Assembly: GCF_018350175.1 (NCBI RefSeq) | Contig: NC_058369.1 | Span: forward strand, 10,170,001-10,234,000 | Length of the DNA stretch: 64,000 bases | Direction of reading: 5' to 3' | DNA from: Felis catus | Taxonomy: Eukaryota | Shown: positions 63,392-64,000 of the stretch, piece after piece | Layout of the letters: each line of letters begins with the position of its first letter | Numbering within the stretch: the first letter of the stretch is position 1 | The notes under the pieces: generated by a model | Seen by the model: the letters and a program-made list of their open reading frames with translations, nothing else | Databases searched by the model: none | What the model was told of the DNA's origin: nothing | Made by a program: the position numbers and the translations under genes

Positions 63392-64000
63392 CTGTGGGAG
63401 GCAGGCGAGGGGTGAGTGAGGGTCGGGGAAGCCCAATTCCAGCATGCCCTGGGCAGGACCCCAGGCATCCTGGCCTCAGTTACCCTCTTCTACCTTCTCG
63501 AAGCTTCTGCAGGCTCTGGGGAGATGGGGCCTGAGGTGACCCCAGGAGGGCAGGACTCCCGACTCAGGCTTGGCATGGACTGGGGAGGGACAGCCAGGGG
63601 CTGAGAATGGAAAAGGCTGGAGGGGAGACAGAAGGGGGCCCTGTTCCCAGGGCAAGAGGGACAGGAAGGGGGTGGGGCCTGGGTCTTGAGCTGCTCTCCC
63701 CAAGGCCAAGGAGATATAGCTGCTGGGCCAAGGACCAGTCCTGTCTGCCGGGGGAAGCATTTGAGAGTCCCCCACCCCCAACCTCGGGGGCCTCAGGCCC
63801 ATTCCAGAGAGTTAGTGAAGCCAGACGGAAAAGAGGGGGTACTGGCACAGGGCAGCCAACCCTGGCCTCTCCAGGCTGGGGGGGCTCGCCAGGGTTGGGG
63901 GCGCTTGGCTGGGCTAATGGTTCCGGGAAGCTGGGTGCGGGGGCAACTTCCTCCTTGCTCTGGCCCTCCGGGGCTGGGCGGAGAGCCAGCACCCCTCCCC

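Overview
Mammalian genomic DNA, most likely a cat-family (Felidae) genome judging by the abundant SINEC_Fc-type CAN-SINEs. It is syntenic with human 19p13.12. Gene order: 3' part of ADGRE5/CD97 (+), complete DDX39A (-, 427 aa), a repeat-dense intergenic block, complete PKN1 (+, 941 aa, two alternative first coding exons), complete PTGER1/EP1 (-, 402 aa) and the last three coding exons of GIPC1 (-). I rebuilt all coding exons by hand from GT-AG boundaries and the reading phases are consistent. The main accessory element is a ~7.3 kb degenerate endogenous retrovirus (16564-23844, -) inserted into an older L1. It has a class-I-type integrase remnant, a tRNA-Lys-type PBS, an internally deleted 5' LTR and a perfect 64-bp tandem duplication. 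Other points of interest: tightly convergent 3' ends (ADGRE5/DDX39A and PKN1/PTGER1), an open-frame PTGER1 intron, a PU.1-motif alternative PKN1 promoter followed by a cryptic ~45-bp minisatellite, opposite-polarity CA/GT-rich introns around PKN1 exons 3-4, a solo poly(A) insertion with TSD, and composite or inverted SINEs. I found no convincing evidence of a wholly new biological system. Most long ORFs in the track are GC-rich, antisense or SINE artefacts. Repeat family names and human comparisons come from recalled consensus sequences, not from a search.
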